A stretch of 64,000 nucleotides of DNA from Octopus vulgaris (taxonomy: Eukaryota): contig OX597832.1 in NCBI GenBank assembly GCA_951406725.2, positions 56,420,001 through 56,484,000 of the forward strand, in the 5' to 3' direction. Position 1 is the stretch's first letter. Each line of letters starts with the position of its first letter. The translations under genes and the position numbers were made by a program. Below, one piece after another: positions 11,345 through 25,303 of this stretch. The notes below the pieces were generated by a model. It did not search any database and was not told the DNA's origin. It was given only the letters and a program-made list of their open reading frames with translations.

Positions 11345-11760
11345 TTTCTACTGTGTCACCTGCTAACACCTCTGGCATTTCGTTGGATGAAATGCTTAGT
11401 GGTATTTCACCCATCAGTAAGTTCTGTGTTCAAATTCCACCAAGGTTGACTTAGCCATTCATCCTTTCGGAGGTCGATAAATAAAGTACCAGTGAAACAC
11501 TGGGAACTATGTAATCGACTAGTCCCCTCACCCACAATTTCAGGCCTTATGCCTCCAGTAGAAAGGATTATTATTATTGTTGTTGCTGTTGTTGTTATTC
11601 TAAGTTCAAATTCTGCCAAGGTCAACTTTGCCTTTCATCCTTTCAGGGTTGATTAAATAAGTGCCAGTGAAACTCTTGGGGGGGGGGGGGTTGATGTATC
11701 GACTTAATTCCCACCCACCCACCCAAACTGCCCTTGTGGCAAAAAAATTTGAAACCATTA
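11345..11760 (+). mobile_element. Two SINE family B copies with (ATT)n tails
   Basis: GTTCAAATTC B-box-like, GACTTTGCCTTTCATCCTTTCGGGGTCGATAAA...AGTACCAG central motif. Confidence 0.75.
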
Positions 11761-11777
11761 TCATAATTATAATTATA

Positions 11778-11820
<43 letters not shown>

Positions 11821-12431
11821 GGCTCCGATGTTGGTGGTATGCAATAAACACTGTGCATGCATGGGTTGTTGCCAGTGCCACCTGACTGGCTCCCCATGCC
11901 AGTGACACGTAAAAAGCACTATCCAAACATGGTCAATGCCAGCCTCCCCGACCTGACTGGCTCCTGTGCCGGTGGCAGGTAAAAAGCAACATCCACACGT
12001 GGCCAATACGAGTGCTGCCTGACTGGCTCCCGTGCTAGTGGCATGTAAAAAGCAGCTACTATATACCCGGAGTGGTTGGCATTAGGAATGGCATCCAGCT
12101 GTAGAAACTATGCCAAATCAGATTGGAACCTGGTGCAGCCTCTTGACTTGCCAGTCCCCAGTTAAACCATCCGACTCATGCACACATGGAAAGCGGACGT
12201 TAAACGATGATGATGATGATGATGATGATGATGGTGATGATGACAATGACGATGATGATGATGGATGATGATGATGATGATAGTTATTCTAAGTTCAAGT
12301 TCTGCTGAGGTCCACTTTGCCTTTCATCCTTTCGGGGTCAATAAAATAAGTACCAGTTGAGCACTGGTGGGGAGGTCAATGTAATCGACTCACCTTTCCC
12401 AAACACTTCTGGCGTTGGACCAAAATCTGAA

Positions 12432-12462
<31 letters not shown>

Positions 12463-13958
12463 CCATCACCACCACCACCATCATTAAAAATCTTTACCTT
12501 ACATATACCTAAGTGAGAGGAAACCAACAGCAAGCCTTTAGACCTAAAGACAAACAGTTTATTGACCTAACCAGCTGCACTAGTCTGCTTTCTTTCATTA
12601 ATCTCCTTCCATTCTTTGCCTTTGTTCTCTTACTTTGGTCTTCCATCTCCACTTGTCTATTTCTAGTGTAATTTTCTATGGACTGCCTTACCGATTCTTA
12701 ATTCCTTAACTTATTGATATAAGAAAACAGGTTGGAAATTATTGCTAATCAAAAGCATAGCAGGTGTTGAGAAATTGGTAAAAATGTTTTCCAATATTGT
12801 TGAGGTCAGATTATTGAATTAGGAGCTAATGGAGAAATTGGTTACAGCAGAGGGTGCCAGAAAGAATAGCGAGGAACGAGGGAGAGAGAGAGAGAGAGAA
12901 AGAGAGAGATTGAGGTGGGGGTGGAATAATGAAAGAGAAATTGTGTGTGTAGGTGTGTGCGAAGGGGGAAGTGAGAGAGAGAGGTGGGGGTGGAATAGAA
13001 AAAGAGAAATTGTGTATGTGTATGTGTGTGTGTGAAGGGAAAAGCGAGAGAGAGAGAGGGAAAAGCAGAAAGGTGGAAGGATTGGAAAAGAGGTAGAAAG
13101 AGAGAAATAGAGAAAGAGGTAGTGGTGGTGGTGGTGGCAGTGATGGTGGGGATGGTAATAGTGTGGCGATCAAGGTGGTGGCATCAGTGGTGATATGAAA
13201 GATGATCATCATCATCATCAACACCATCATCAACACCATCATCATCATCATCATCGTCATCATCATCATCATCATTGTCGTCATCATCATCATGGCAGAG
13301 TTTATTGAAGCAATTCATTAGAAAATCATTTCCATTTTCTCTATGCTTTTTTCCTTTGTTTTTGCTTTTTACTTCAGTCCTTTTTTTTTTATTGTCTTCA
13401 ATGTTATATGAAGAAAGATAAGAAAAAAAAAAGGAAGAAATGAGAGAAAGACAGAAAGAGTTATGCGCAAGGTCTAAATAGAGAGAAAGGAAAAAGTATA
13501 AAACAATGAGAAAGGGAGAGAGAGTAAGGGAGAGAGAGAGAGGGAGAGAGAGAGAGAGGTAGTGGTAACTCATGGCAAATATTCCAAAAGCATTTTTTAT
13601 GCGATATAGTTGCGGTGCTTTCTTCTTGAGTCATAGCACCTACTACCTGTTCAATTGTTGTGCACTCTTCCATAATTATAGATCTTACTTAGATGAATAC
13701 AAAATCTGAAATGCCTAGGATCGTCTACATACATTTATACATATATGTATGTATGTATATATATTTATATACATATATATATATTTATACACACACACAT
13801 ATATATATATACATACATACATATATATAAACATGAGCCTGGTGCAGCCCATTGGCTTGCCAGACCTCAGTCAAACCGTCCAACCCATGCCAATATGGAA
13901 AGTGAACGTTAAATGATGATGATGACACACACACACACACATATATATGTTTTTTTAT

Positions 13959-14042
13959 GTGTTACTATTAGTTTCATGTGTTGAGAGCATGCTTGACAGT
14001 ATATTTTAATATGTCTGGTTTCCTAGCACAATCATCAGGCAC
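13959..14042 (-). ncRNA. Type-I hammerhead ribozyme motif with long stem II
   Basis: Minus strand GTGC-CTGATGA-T-TGTG...CACA-T-GAAA-CTAATAG-TA-ACAC. One stem I mismatch; adjacent to a (CA)n(TA)n tract. Confidence 0.55.
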
Positions 14043-14159
14043 TGCCCACATGGCATAACAAACTAAAAATGAGACAATAGGATGAGAGATAAAGTGAGGA
14101 AAGGTAAGAAAGAAGTAGATATAAAAGGTGGAAGGTTAAAACCGGAAAACGAAAAAGAT

Positions 14160-14490
14160 ACATCTCACAGATGCTCTGGGATGCATCAACAGTGATACAT
14201 CATATCCCTTCACCCAGCTGATCCAGATCAGAAGTAGCGGGGAGGGCTGTTCCAAGTCCCAGCTTGCATTTCCAGTGGCAGCAGACCACTAGTCTTTCCT
14301 CTGAATCTAAGCCCAACCAGTCACGTTCTCTGCAGATTCAGTAACAGAATTTATGGTTCTTCTTTTTGCTGCACCAGTAACTCCATGCCCAGTCAGTGCT
14401 TTGCTGAATGAAAAGCCCTGCTTCAGCTGCCTTGCAACATGCATGCCAACCCTGGTTTCTGTACTGTTTTACCAGACCCTGGTATCGGGT
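14160..14490 (-). mobile_element. Decayed HERO-like RLE non-LTR 3' end
   Basis: Minus translation RYQGLVKQYRNQGWHACCKAAEAG ... GVTGAAKRRTINSVTESAENVTGWA*IQRK, matching KY..L...GW....EVG...EAAE.AS.WLW.KR. Confidence 0.6.
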
Positions 14491-15407
14491 ATCTGATATG
14501 CTTCATCTCATGAGTCTCCTCCATGTGTTCTTCATCCTCCTCATCATCATCATTCATCATCTACCTTCCTATCTTTTATCTTTGATCTTTTATTTGCTTT
14601 AGTCATTAGAAACGTGCCCATGCTGGGGCACTGCCTTCACAAATTTTTGGTCAAAATTAGGAGCACTCCCGCGCCTATGTTGTATAGAGAAATATTCCAG
14701 GACCTCAAAGGACTAAAACCAACAAAATATTGACTTCAAATTTTGGCACAAGGCCAGCAAGTTTAGGGGGTGCGCAGATTAAGTTTTCATCGACCCCAGT
14801 GTCCAACTGGTACTTATTTCATTGACCCCGAATAGATGAAAGGTAAAGTTGACCTCGGCAGATTTTGAACTCAGAATTTAAGATGAACGAAATACCTCTG
14901 AGCATTTCGCCCAGTATGCTAACAATTTTGCCAGCTGACCATCTTAAACCAACAAAATACCAATAATGATATTTTCCAAAAATCCAAGACTTCTGTTTAT
15001 CAAGGTAGAAAAGGAAGATTAAAAATGCTGTGTTGTTGATGCTTAGCTCCAGGTTAACCTGATCCAGCAGACCTATGGATAAAAGCCTTTCAGCCATGCC
15101 CACCTCTTCTTTAGTTCATCTGGTGCATCTGGGATTATATTTCTCAATGTCATTTTCTATTCTCTTTTTTGTAGGATGGTAGGTTATAATTTGAGAGAAG
15201 TTTAAAATTTAGCTGCTATGTCTAGCAAGCCACACGACCACATATAGTTACTGTCTCTGTTTCTCTCTCTCTCTGTTTCTCTCTCTCTCGCTCTCTCTCT
15301 CTCTCTGTTTCTTGGTGTTTGAGGAGAAAATATGTCATTCATATTTGTGTCAAGGGCATTAGTTACATAATCAGAATGGAAACAAAAGTTTTGGAGCACC
15401 AAAAGTA

Positions 15408-15450
<43 letters not shown>

Positions 15451-15723
15451 GCTAGATAAAAATATAGAATATACATACATATATATGCAAACATATATAG
15501 ACGTGCACACACATATAAAACACATACAAACTACACACACACACACACACAAAACATACATACTATATCTATATATACATATTATTATCTGTACTGAAAT
15601 TCTTGTTGTTGTTGTTATTATTAATAGTTTCAAATGTTGGCACAAGGCCAGCAAGTTCAAAGGAGGGGATCAGTTGATTACATCGATCCAATACTTGACT
15701 GGTACTTACTCTATTGACCCTGG

Positions 15724-15815
<92 letters not shown>

Positions 15816-16489
15816 CATAATGATGATGATAAAGTGTATTGAAATTGTTAGAATATATCATTTTTCAGTTGTATTGTTGTTTAGCTTCAAGTACACTTGT
15901 GCTCAAAGAAAGACAGTCTAGTCTTGACCATCCCATCTATTCAGGCATTAGCTTATCCCTTAAAATACTACATTATCCAATATAACACATCCTTTCCTGG
16001 AGATTTGACTGCCATGTCTAGCATATTGAGCGACCCGCATAAATTCTCCCTCTCCCGAACTATTACATGGATAGATCTTGTTTTTTTTTCACCTAGAAGC
16101 AAGGTCAAAGTTTGAAAGCGAGGGGAGGGGCACTTTAAAAATTAGAGTATGAAATCTGCATGGCTCTGTGCATTTTATTTATTCGTCAAGTTGTGAGTGA
16201 AGGTACAGAGTTATTCGTTAGCTAAGGGGGGGGGGGGGGCTACTGCGAATGAGGAAACCTAATATTTAGGTTGAATCTGACAGTGTAGTATGTGTGAGAT
16301 GGTGCATTGTTAGCCTGCAAGGGTTGGCGTGGGAGGATTGAGATGTGTGTGGGTGTGGGGTGGGGGTAAGAGGGAGAAGGAAGGGAAAAAGGTGTTAGAA
16401 GGGAAGACATTGCAGGTAAGAGAAAAAGGAGTGGAGAGAGGATTGTGTGAAGTAGTGTGTGAGATGAGAGGTAGATGGGGTGGTGAGTA

Positions 16490-16771
16490 AGTGGGTGGAT
16501 AGATGGATAGGTAGACAGGTAGACAGGCAGACACATGGGTAGTTAGGAGTGCAAATAGGTAGAGAGAGAGAGAGAGAGAGAGGGAGGGAGACAGAGAAAA
16601 AGGGAGTCAGAGACAGTGACACACAGACTGACAGACAGACACACGGGTAGGTAGGAGTGCAAATTGATAGAGAGAGAGGGGGGAGACAGAGAGAAAGGGA
16701 GACAGAGACAGTGATACACAGACAGAGAGATAGACAGAGAGACATAGACAAATAGACAGATAGATAGATAG

Positions 16772-16828
<57 letters not shown>

Positions 16829-16873
16829 GGCAGACACAAGATAGATAAATAGCTAGACAGGTAGATAGATAGG

Positions 16874-16956
<83 letters not shown>

Positions 16957-17050
16957 GCCAGAGAGACACACACACAGCCAGATACAGACAGACAAACAGT
17001 CAGACAGACAGATAAACAGGTAGTTAGGTAGATAGGTAGATAGGTAGAGT
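16490..17050. repeat. Compound (GA)n/(GACA)n/(GATA)n microsatellite field
   Basis: Directly visible. Similar fields at ~8150-8650, 18640-19070 and 24100-24520 ((CAT)n). Confidence 0.9.
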
Positions 17051-17804
17051 ATTAAAAGAAATAAGGATAGATTGATAATATACCTCTGTTGTGAAAGATA
17101 GACCGACACACAGACAGAGAGAAACCATTTTATCTTCTTTATATTTGAAGTCTACATCCCTCCAAGATGGATGAAGTAAATACCAGGGTTGTACACTGGA
17201 ATCAGTTCGATTCATTGAGAGAAAAGACATGGGTGGTAGAGGAGAAGTTTGCCAAAGTTTTGAGAATTCTGTTGCATTTCTTTCTGCTAGGAGGTGGGGC
17301 TGCGTACCAGAGACTGTGATCATGTGAAATTCTTGGGCCATGGGTGTTAGGACTTCCCAAGTTTATCACCATTTGTGCTGGGTCCCAAAGGACATGTTTG
17401 TATTTCTCTAGCCTCACTGGTGCTGGTGGCATGACAAAGGTACTCAGTAAGCACTGTAAAGTGGTTGGCATTAGGAAAGGCATCCAGCCATAGAAACCAT
17501 AGCAAAGCAGGCACTGGAGCTCGATGCTGCCCTGTAATTTGCCAGATCCTGTCAAACCGTCCGATTCATGGCAACATTGAAAAACATGTTAAATGATGAT
17601 GGTTGTGGTGGTGACGGTAAGTGGAGGCAGGATTAGAACTCGCAACACAAAGAGCTCGTACAGACATCACAAGACCTCCTATCTGACTCTCCCTGACAAC
17701 TCTGCTATTAGGAGGAATTGAACTCAGAGTGGAGAGGACTGGAACAAATATCAAATGACATTTTATCTGAACCTGTAACAACTCTGCCTGCCAATATGGC
17801 CCTC

Positions 17805-18095
17805 GGGCATATAGCATAGTGGTTAAGAGTGCGGGCTACTAACCCCAAGATTTTGAGTTCAATTCCAAGCAGTGACCTGAACAATAACAACAATAATAAT
17901 GACAATAATAACATTGAAAAATACCTTAGGAATGAGAGCCCCGGTTCGAAATTTCCCCCAAGACACCTGAAGAAGGCTGGAGGGTATATCAGCTGAAATG
18001 TTATGTTAACAACAAACAAGATGAGGACAAATATCCGTTGAATGTAAATAATGTAAATAATGTACATAATTCCTCATCTCTTAAATATAGAACTG
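17805..18095 (+). mobile_element. tRNA-headed SINE-like element with internal (AAT)n tract and a 3' hammerhead motif (17962-18007)
   Basis: TAGCATAGTGG A-box, GAGTTCAATTCC B-box, then GACAC-CTGAAGA-A-GGCTG-(10 nt)-CAGCT-GAAA-TG-TT-ATGTT. Second copy at 31403-32817 (-). Confidence 0.75.
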
Positions 18096-18637
18096 AATGA
18101 CAAAATTATTTTAATAAATTCTTCATTATTTTCAAAATTAATTAAAACAAAAGTCATGCATCTCAATAGAAATATGGTAACACAAAAGGATTAAGCATGT
18201 GGACTCAAGTTTTCAGAGTTGAATCCTTGAGCAAGGTATACAACTCTGTTTGCTTTCCAGTTAACCTGACTGACCAACAAAAGGAAATTCACAGAAAACA
18301 GTAAGAAAGGTATTTAACAATAAAAAACATTTGCTCCAACAAGTAACTCCCCTAACTCATGCTAACATGGCAATATGGATGTAAAACTTTTTATTCTTTT
18401 TCTTTTGAGATACCTTCAGTCCAGAATTACCAAACCATATTTTGTAATTCTAGATAATTTTCAGCAATTCTAGTGATTCTTAAATCTCTTTTGGCTTTAA
18501 ACCATTATTGCAAGCTTTCATTTTTCCTTTCTACTTTCTTGTTTTCTTACTCTCATCTTTTTCTCTATTATTTTCTTTCAATTTCATTTTTCCATACTTT
18601 TTTACTTTTGTATTTTCTAATTTTCTACCCTTCTCCA

Positions 18638-18705
<68 letters not shown>

Positions 18706-18874
18706 CCTACTTACCTACCTATCTACCTATCTATCTACCTACCTACCTACCTACCTACCTACCTACCTATCTATCTATCTATCTATCTATCTATCTCTCT
18801 ATATATATTTATTTATTTATTTATTTATTTATACATATGTATGATATAAAATAAATATAAACATCATACACACA

Positions 18875-18993
<119 letters not shown>

Positions 18994-19033
18994 CTATCTA
19001 TCTATCTATCTATGGATAAGTTACTGTCTGTCT

Positions 19034-19073
<40 letters not shown>

Positions 19074-20552
19074 ACTCATACACTTTCTTCCTGTGTTTCC
19101 TCATGCTTTCCCACCTGAAATTATTTCTCTTTCTCCCACCTCTCCCTCCCTCCCACTCCACGTTACACACTCAACCTCTATGGACCAATGAGGGAGGAAG
19201 CCTCTCCCTGCATGGTCGTTCAGCTTACTAGAAATAGCAACCAAAATAAATCTCCTTCAAATCATGCCCCACCATCTTAGAAAACAATGTGCTTCATAAT
19301 GCAGTCCTGGGAACAATATGACTTGAGAAAAAAATGTGATGGTCATGGCAGGAACATCTTTGATAATAGATTTTGTCTGTTCACTGAGGGCTGGGACAAA
19401 CAACCAAGAACTAAACAACAATTCCAATCAATCATCTCCCACACTCCCACTCAACATACACCCTTTCTCTCACATTCACACTCAATATACACCCATTCTC
19501 CTGCACTCCCACTCAATATACATCCTTTCTCCCTCACTTCATATACTTCCTGTCTCTCCATAAACCTCTATATTCCCTCCCACCATTTATCACCACCTCC
19601 TCCTCCTCCTCCTCCTTTCACTTACCCTATCTGCCTTTATTCATTCCTCTTTACTTCTACCTCCTCCTATCTCTCTTCTTTAGCCCTCTCTTTCTCCTCA
19701 TTTCCCTCTCTTCTACTATCTCTCTCCCTGTCTCCTTCTCTCTCTCTCTCTCCTACTATCTCTCTCCCTGTCTCTCTCTTTCTATCTGTCCCTATCTCCT
19801 TTTCTCCTTCCCTCTTGCCTCTCTAGCCTCTCTGCACCCCCTCCTTTATCTCCCTCTCTCCCAAATCCCCCCTCCACCTCGTCTCATTTTCTCCTTCTCT
19901 CACTTCCCCTCATCTCCTTCCCCTCCTCTCTCTCCCACTCTTACCCTTGCCCCTCTCCTCTCTCACTTCCCTTCCTCCTCTCCTTCTCTCTCTCCCACTC
20001 TTACCCTTGCCCCTCTCCTCTCTCTCTCTCTCCCTTTCATCCCCCTCTCTTTCAAACACTCTAGGCTTAAGTGAATTACTCCTTAACAAACTACTACCTG
20101 TCTTTCAAGGAACCTAATTACACAACAACCACAACCACAACAATAACAACAACTGGTTCTAACCCTAACCCTAACCCTAACCTCCCATTGATCCATCACT
20201 TGGTGCCTTACAAGAACGGAGAGTCTCTGCTACATTATTGTTCACTTTTGGCTAAAGTTAACTGAATCTCATGAATTCCTGCCAACTTTATTCAACCAAT
20301 TTTGTGAGGAGGACAGAACCGAAACAAAAGAAAGGAAACGAAAGAAAGAAGGACGGAAAGAGAGAAAGAAGGAAAAAGAAGAAATAAGGAAAGTAAAAGA
20401 ATAAAAACAAAAAATGCAAAACAAAATAAAACATTAGACAAAAGCATAAAAGGAAGGAAATAAAATTATTATTTTACTTTGCTTTCGCTTTGACCATTGC
20501 TGTTAAGGCCATGCTGGAGCTTGCTTTTCAGCTTTATATATAAATGCATCCA

Positions 20553-20599
<47 letters not shown>

Positions 20600-20601
<2 letters not shown>

Positions 20602-21165
20602 CTTTACTGCCCACAAGGGGCTAAACATAGAGGGGACAAACAAGGACAGACTAACGGATTAAGTTGATTACATTGACCTCAGTGCATAACTGGTACTTAA
20701 TTTATCGACCCCAAAAGGATGAAAGGCAAAGTCGACCTCAGGGGAATTTGAACTCAGAATGTAAAGACAGACGATATACCTATTTCTTTACTACCCACAA
20801 GGGGCTAAACACAGAGGGGACAAACAAGGACAGACAAACGGACCACCACTGCGTAACTGGTACTTAATTCATCGACCCCGAAAGGATGAAAGGCAAAGTC
20901 GACCTCAGGTGAATTTGAACTCAGAATGTAAAGACAGACGATATACCTATTTCTTTACTACCCACAAGGGGCTAAACACAGAGGGGACAAACAAGGACAG
21001 ACAAACAGACCACCACTGCATAACTGGTACTTAATTTATCGACCCCAAAAGGATGAAAGGCAAAGTCGACCTCAGCGGAATTTGAACTCACAACATAACG
21101 GCAGCCGAAATACCGCTAAGCATTTCGCTCGGCATGCTAACGTTTTTGCCAGCTCGCTGCCTTAT
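20600..21165 (-). mobile_element. SINE family B with triplicated ~170-180-bp 3' unit
   Basis: CCCACAAGGGGCTAAAC...GACCCC(G/A)AAAGGATGAAAGGCAAAGTCGACCTC occurs three times, with a single head at ~21110-21165. Confidence 0.85.
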
Positions 21166-22050
21166 CCAAAATATATAAATAAGCCAAAAAAGTAGTCAGA
21201 CCGGGTTGTGATTTGGTTTAATGTTTAGCTTTATGGTTGGCTGATTTCTTTAACAGATGAAATATTTAGTATCTTCCATAAAACCTGTACTGAAAGACTC
21301 TCATGTAGATTAAACACCAGAGTGAAGAAGTATGATATGAGATAGCTGTAGTAAACAGTATTTCTTGTGGTTCTTTATGTTCTGAGTTCAAATCCTGTCG
21401 AAGTCAATTTCACTTTTCATCCTTTCGGGATTGATGAAATAAAGTAGTGGGGACAATGTAATTGACTTGTCCTCCCCCGTCAAAACTTACTGGTCTTGAT
21501 CCCTGCAATGAACCAGTGTCCTGTTTAGGGAGAATGTTGTAATCTCAGTAACCAACCTTAGGGGTTCTAGGGCTCAAGAAAAAAAAATATATATATATAT
21601 AAGAAATCTGGTACATAGAGATGTTTGCGTTAATGACCACTAGTCCAAGTCATTCCTTGTTATGAAGGCACATGGCTTAAAGTTTAGGGTATTCAGGGCC
21701 CATGGCCGTAAGGTCATGAGTTTGATTCTTGGAGACACAATGTGCCCTTGAGCAAGACACTTCATTTCTTGTTGCTGCCGTCCACCCAGCTGTCAAAAAT
21801 GAGTAGTACTCTCTTTCACCTGGTACTTTACCAAAGGAACATGCCTCTCTCTCTTATTCACTCGGTGCTTTACTGGATGTACATGGCTGTTGTCCTTAGT
21901 CCTGTTGCCCTTCACTAAACATTTAGGGGCAGTTTGTTTTCACTCTTAGATGCCATGCATCTACCTCTTTCTACCTCTTACAGCACTTACACCTGATACA
22001 AACATTACCAAAGGTTGTGTGAGCCTTGTCATTACTATCATCCATTTACC

Positions 22051-22280
22051 TATTTCTTTACTACCCACAAGGGGCTAAACACAGAGAGGACAAACAAGGA
22101 CAGACAAATGGATTAAGTCGATTATATCGACCCCAGTGCGTAACTGGTACTTATTTAATTGACCCCGAAAGGATGAAAGGCAAAGTTGGCCTCGGCAGAA
22201 TTTGAACTCAGAACGTAGCGGCAGACGAAATACTGCGAAGCATTTCGCCCGGCGTGGTAACATTTCTGCCAGCTTGCCGC
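22051..22280 (-). mobile_element. SINE family B, full length, with 12-bp TSD
   Basis: CATCCATTTACC at 22039-22050 and 22281-22292. Confidence 0.85.
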
Positions 22281-22347
22281 CATCCATTTACCGCTGGGGA
22301 ACAGCCGATGACTACAGACTGTACATCATCTTTAATGACGAAATATA

Positions 22348-22745
22348 ACAGACACCCATAAAATTATTAACCAACTTACTAACAATAACTCTGAGCACCT
22401 TTTCAAACTTCACCTGTCTAACACCTGTGGACATGTTTACAAAGTCAGAAAACAGCACAGCTCCCATGACTTTCGGAAACATTTTTTCATGCTAAGAGTT
22501 GCTGAATTAAGGAACAAACTACCGGCATCAGTTGTTAGCTGTCAGAGCACTGCATCCTTCAAAACTTCCATGCTTCCTGAGATTTACCAACACTACACCT
22601 GATTTTCTCCCCTCTATACACACGCAAGCATGTATCTGACTCATACACTGTGCACTTTCCAGACCTTTGTACATTACTGCATATGCTTTATACGCACTTT
22701 TGACAAGTTGTGTTGCACCTGAGCACTTGTATACAATAATTTCAT
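22348..22745 (+). mobile_element. CR1/L2-like LINE 3' end (ORF2 C-terminus, 3' UTR, (ATT)n tail)
   Basis: Open translation TDTHKIINQ...LFKLHLSNTCGHVYKVRKQHSSHDFRKHFFMLRVAELRNKLPASVVSCQSTASFKTSM (T.GH..K...R..FF..RV...N.LP..VV.....FK motif); stop at 22600-22602. Confidence 0.8.
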
Positions 22746-22773
22746 TATTATTATTAATATTATTATTATTATT

Positions 22774-23212
22774 GAGTGAGAGAGCAGTTCATGCCATCAA
22801 AGTGACACTGGGGTAAAATATACGAAGCCCAATATACCCATCATGACTACCCGTCTGATAAGGGCACACCAGGCACATGCATCACAACCATATGTGCGCA
22901 ACATGGTGATCTCATATCAAGATAAACAGCACATGACCTTGCAGGTGGGGACCCAGTTAGAATTTTCTTCAGGTTGAGTAGCCCATCCCGCTCAAACGGT
23001 CCCTGAATAAGGGTTGTTTAAGGATGTTGAAAAACCACCCATGTTTCCAGAGGTGAATTATTCAAACCCCAAAGAATCCCTCTCAACACATGGCCATGAT
23101 GCTCCCCCACTACTTCTGCTCGTGATCAGAGATGCACATATCGTCAGCCACTAAGGGACATGCTCAACTGGTTAAGGTCAAACAACTGACAAGCAAATCT
23201 GTGGTATTGAGC

Positions 23213-23214
<2 letters not shown>
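22774..23214 (-). mobile_element. Truncated copy of the ~555-bp (TAA)n-embedded element
   Basis: Homologous to 31578-32132 and 32165-32720; flanked on both sides by (ATT)n. Confidence 0.85.
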
Positions 23215-23250
<36 letters not shown>

Positions 23251-24825
23251 CATTATGATAAATAAAATCTGTAAGCATTTGCTTTTTCCTTCTGTTAATT
23301 CATTTGGTGCATACATCACTGTCCCGTGAAGTTTTAACTAACCTGCTGTCAGTACAAATAACCACTGCATCTGTTATTGCTTTCAGCAACACAACTGATT
23401 GCACACATGTTAAATCAAATAAATTTCCTGTCAAACTACCTGAAGTCAGTAAAATATATATCATTAGAGCTGGGTGAAGAACCTCGTTAGTATTAAACGT
23501 GTGTTGCAGGTGTATATGAACTTGCAATGCAGGTGGTGGGCACATCAGTGCAAAGCAAAATAAAAAATCCTTTATAGATACACAGGTATGTCACTTATAT
23601 TAAATTACAATCTTGGTCATATAGCTTCTTTCTGGTTTTCCAAATTTGAACATGAGGCACAATTCCACCCCCCGGCATACAGTTCTCCATTCTTGAACTA
23701 AATAATCAAAGTTTTCATAAATTTCTACACAAACACAGTACAAATTGGGAGCTGACAAGGCCCATGACCTTCCCAAGGACATGAGGGACATAATTGAAAG
23801 AAAAGTCAAATAGCAAAATATAACTAAAAGTGGGTCATAGTTAAGGCCAGTACAAAACTCTTTTCTATTCAATGTCACCTGGTGATTTTGAAAGTTAATT
23901 TACTTATGAATTGCTCTGAATTAACAATGACCTCTGGGCCCATTTTTCTTATACCGGTTTGGCTTTTTTTTCTTTTTTCTTTTCTTTTAGGTTTTAACTC
24001 TGTACAAATTTACTTGTTCACATTAAAATTCCTATTTTATGAAATTCTTTTCTAATACAATTAAAGTGGAGTAGAAGTTAATGCAGGCAGATAAAATCAT
24101 AATCATCGTCATCATCATCATCATCATCATCATCATCGTCGTCGTCATCGTTGTCATCATCATCATCATCATCATCATCATCGTTGTCATCGTCGTCGTC
24201 GTCGTCGTCATCATCATCGTTGTCATCATCGTCGTCGACGTCATCGTCATCATCATCATCATCATCATCGTTGTCATCATCATCATTATCATCATCTTCA
24301 TCATCATCATTGTCATTGTTGTCATTATCATCATCATCATTGTCATAACCATCATCATCATCATCGTTGTCATCGTCATCGTTGTCATCCTCATTGTTGT
24401 CATCATCATTGTCATCATCAATGTTATTATTATCATCAATTATTATCATTGTCATCGTTATCATCATTAGTAACATCATCATCATTATCATCATTTTTGT
24501 CATCATCGTCATCCTCATCTAATCATCCACTTTTCTGTGCCTGCATTGGTCAGACGAAATATTGTTGAAGCGGATTTCCTCCTACCAGATGCCTTTCCTG
24601 TCACCAACCTTCACATGTTTCCAAGCAAGGTAATATTTCCCCATGGCAACACATGACTTTCAAGGAAGACTGGAAATGAACAACTTCCCTTATTTGACGA
24701 TGATGCTTGTTTACAACCGCCACATGATGTCAGCACAAGGACATGCACATACACACATGCACACAAACACACATACATACATACACATATGAATATAATT
24801 AATTAAATATACATACATACATACA

Positions 24826-24856
<31 letters not shown>

Positions 24857-25048
24857 GTACGTACGTATGTACATACATACATATATATTTATACATATAT
24901 TTATACATATAGACTGGAGTCTGGTGCAGCCTTCAGCATGCCAGCCCAGTCAAATCATCCAACCCATGCCAGTATGGACAACAGACATAAAATGATGATG
25001 ATATATAATATATATATATATATGTATGCATGTACAGCAAAATTTAGA

Positions 25049-25240
25049 TTCAGCCACATATAGAATTTTTTTAATTAAAATAGACAGTGCATTGTCTATT
25101 TAGTTAAAAAAAATTTTATATGTGGCTGAAGATTGCTCTACATTTTAAAACTGATGTAATACTTACATTGTTTAATAAAATGAAGTAGCATGAAACGATT
25201 GTACTACACTACCTTGGATATCCTTGTTGCTTATTTTGAT
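25049..25240 (+). mobile_element. Hammerhead-bearing element (HHR 25121-25208) with upstream inverted partial copy
   Basis: Same family as 7470-7630. 25049-25090 is the inverted complement of 25088-25130. Confidence 0.7.
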
Positions 25241-25303
25241 TATATATGTATGTATGTATGTATGTTTATATATATGCATATATATATATATATATTTCCT
25301 TTC

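Noticed and set aside
13461-13673. 70-aa minus-strand ORF (MEECTTIEQVV...) in unique sequence
   Set aside because: No recognisable homology or splice context; it runs into a (CT)n repeat.
20159-20182. (TAACCC)4 telomere-like tract
   Set aside because: Only about four units in a microsatellite-rich genome; uninformative.
23510-23585. Possible exon (TTGCAG acceptor, CAG/GTATGT donor)
   Set aside because: Stops in all three frames. It could be non-coding but is unsupported without RNA data.
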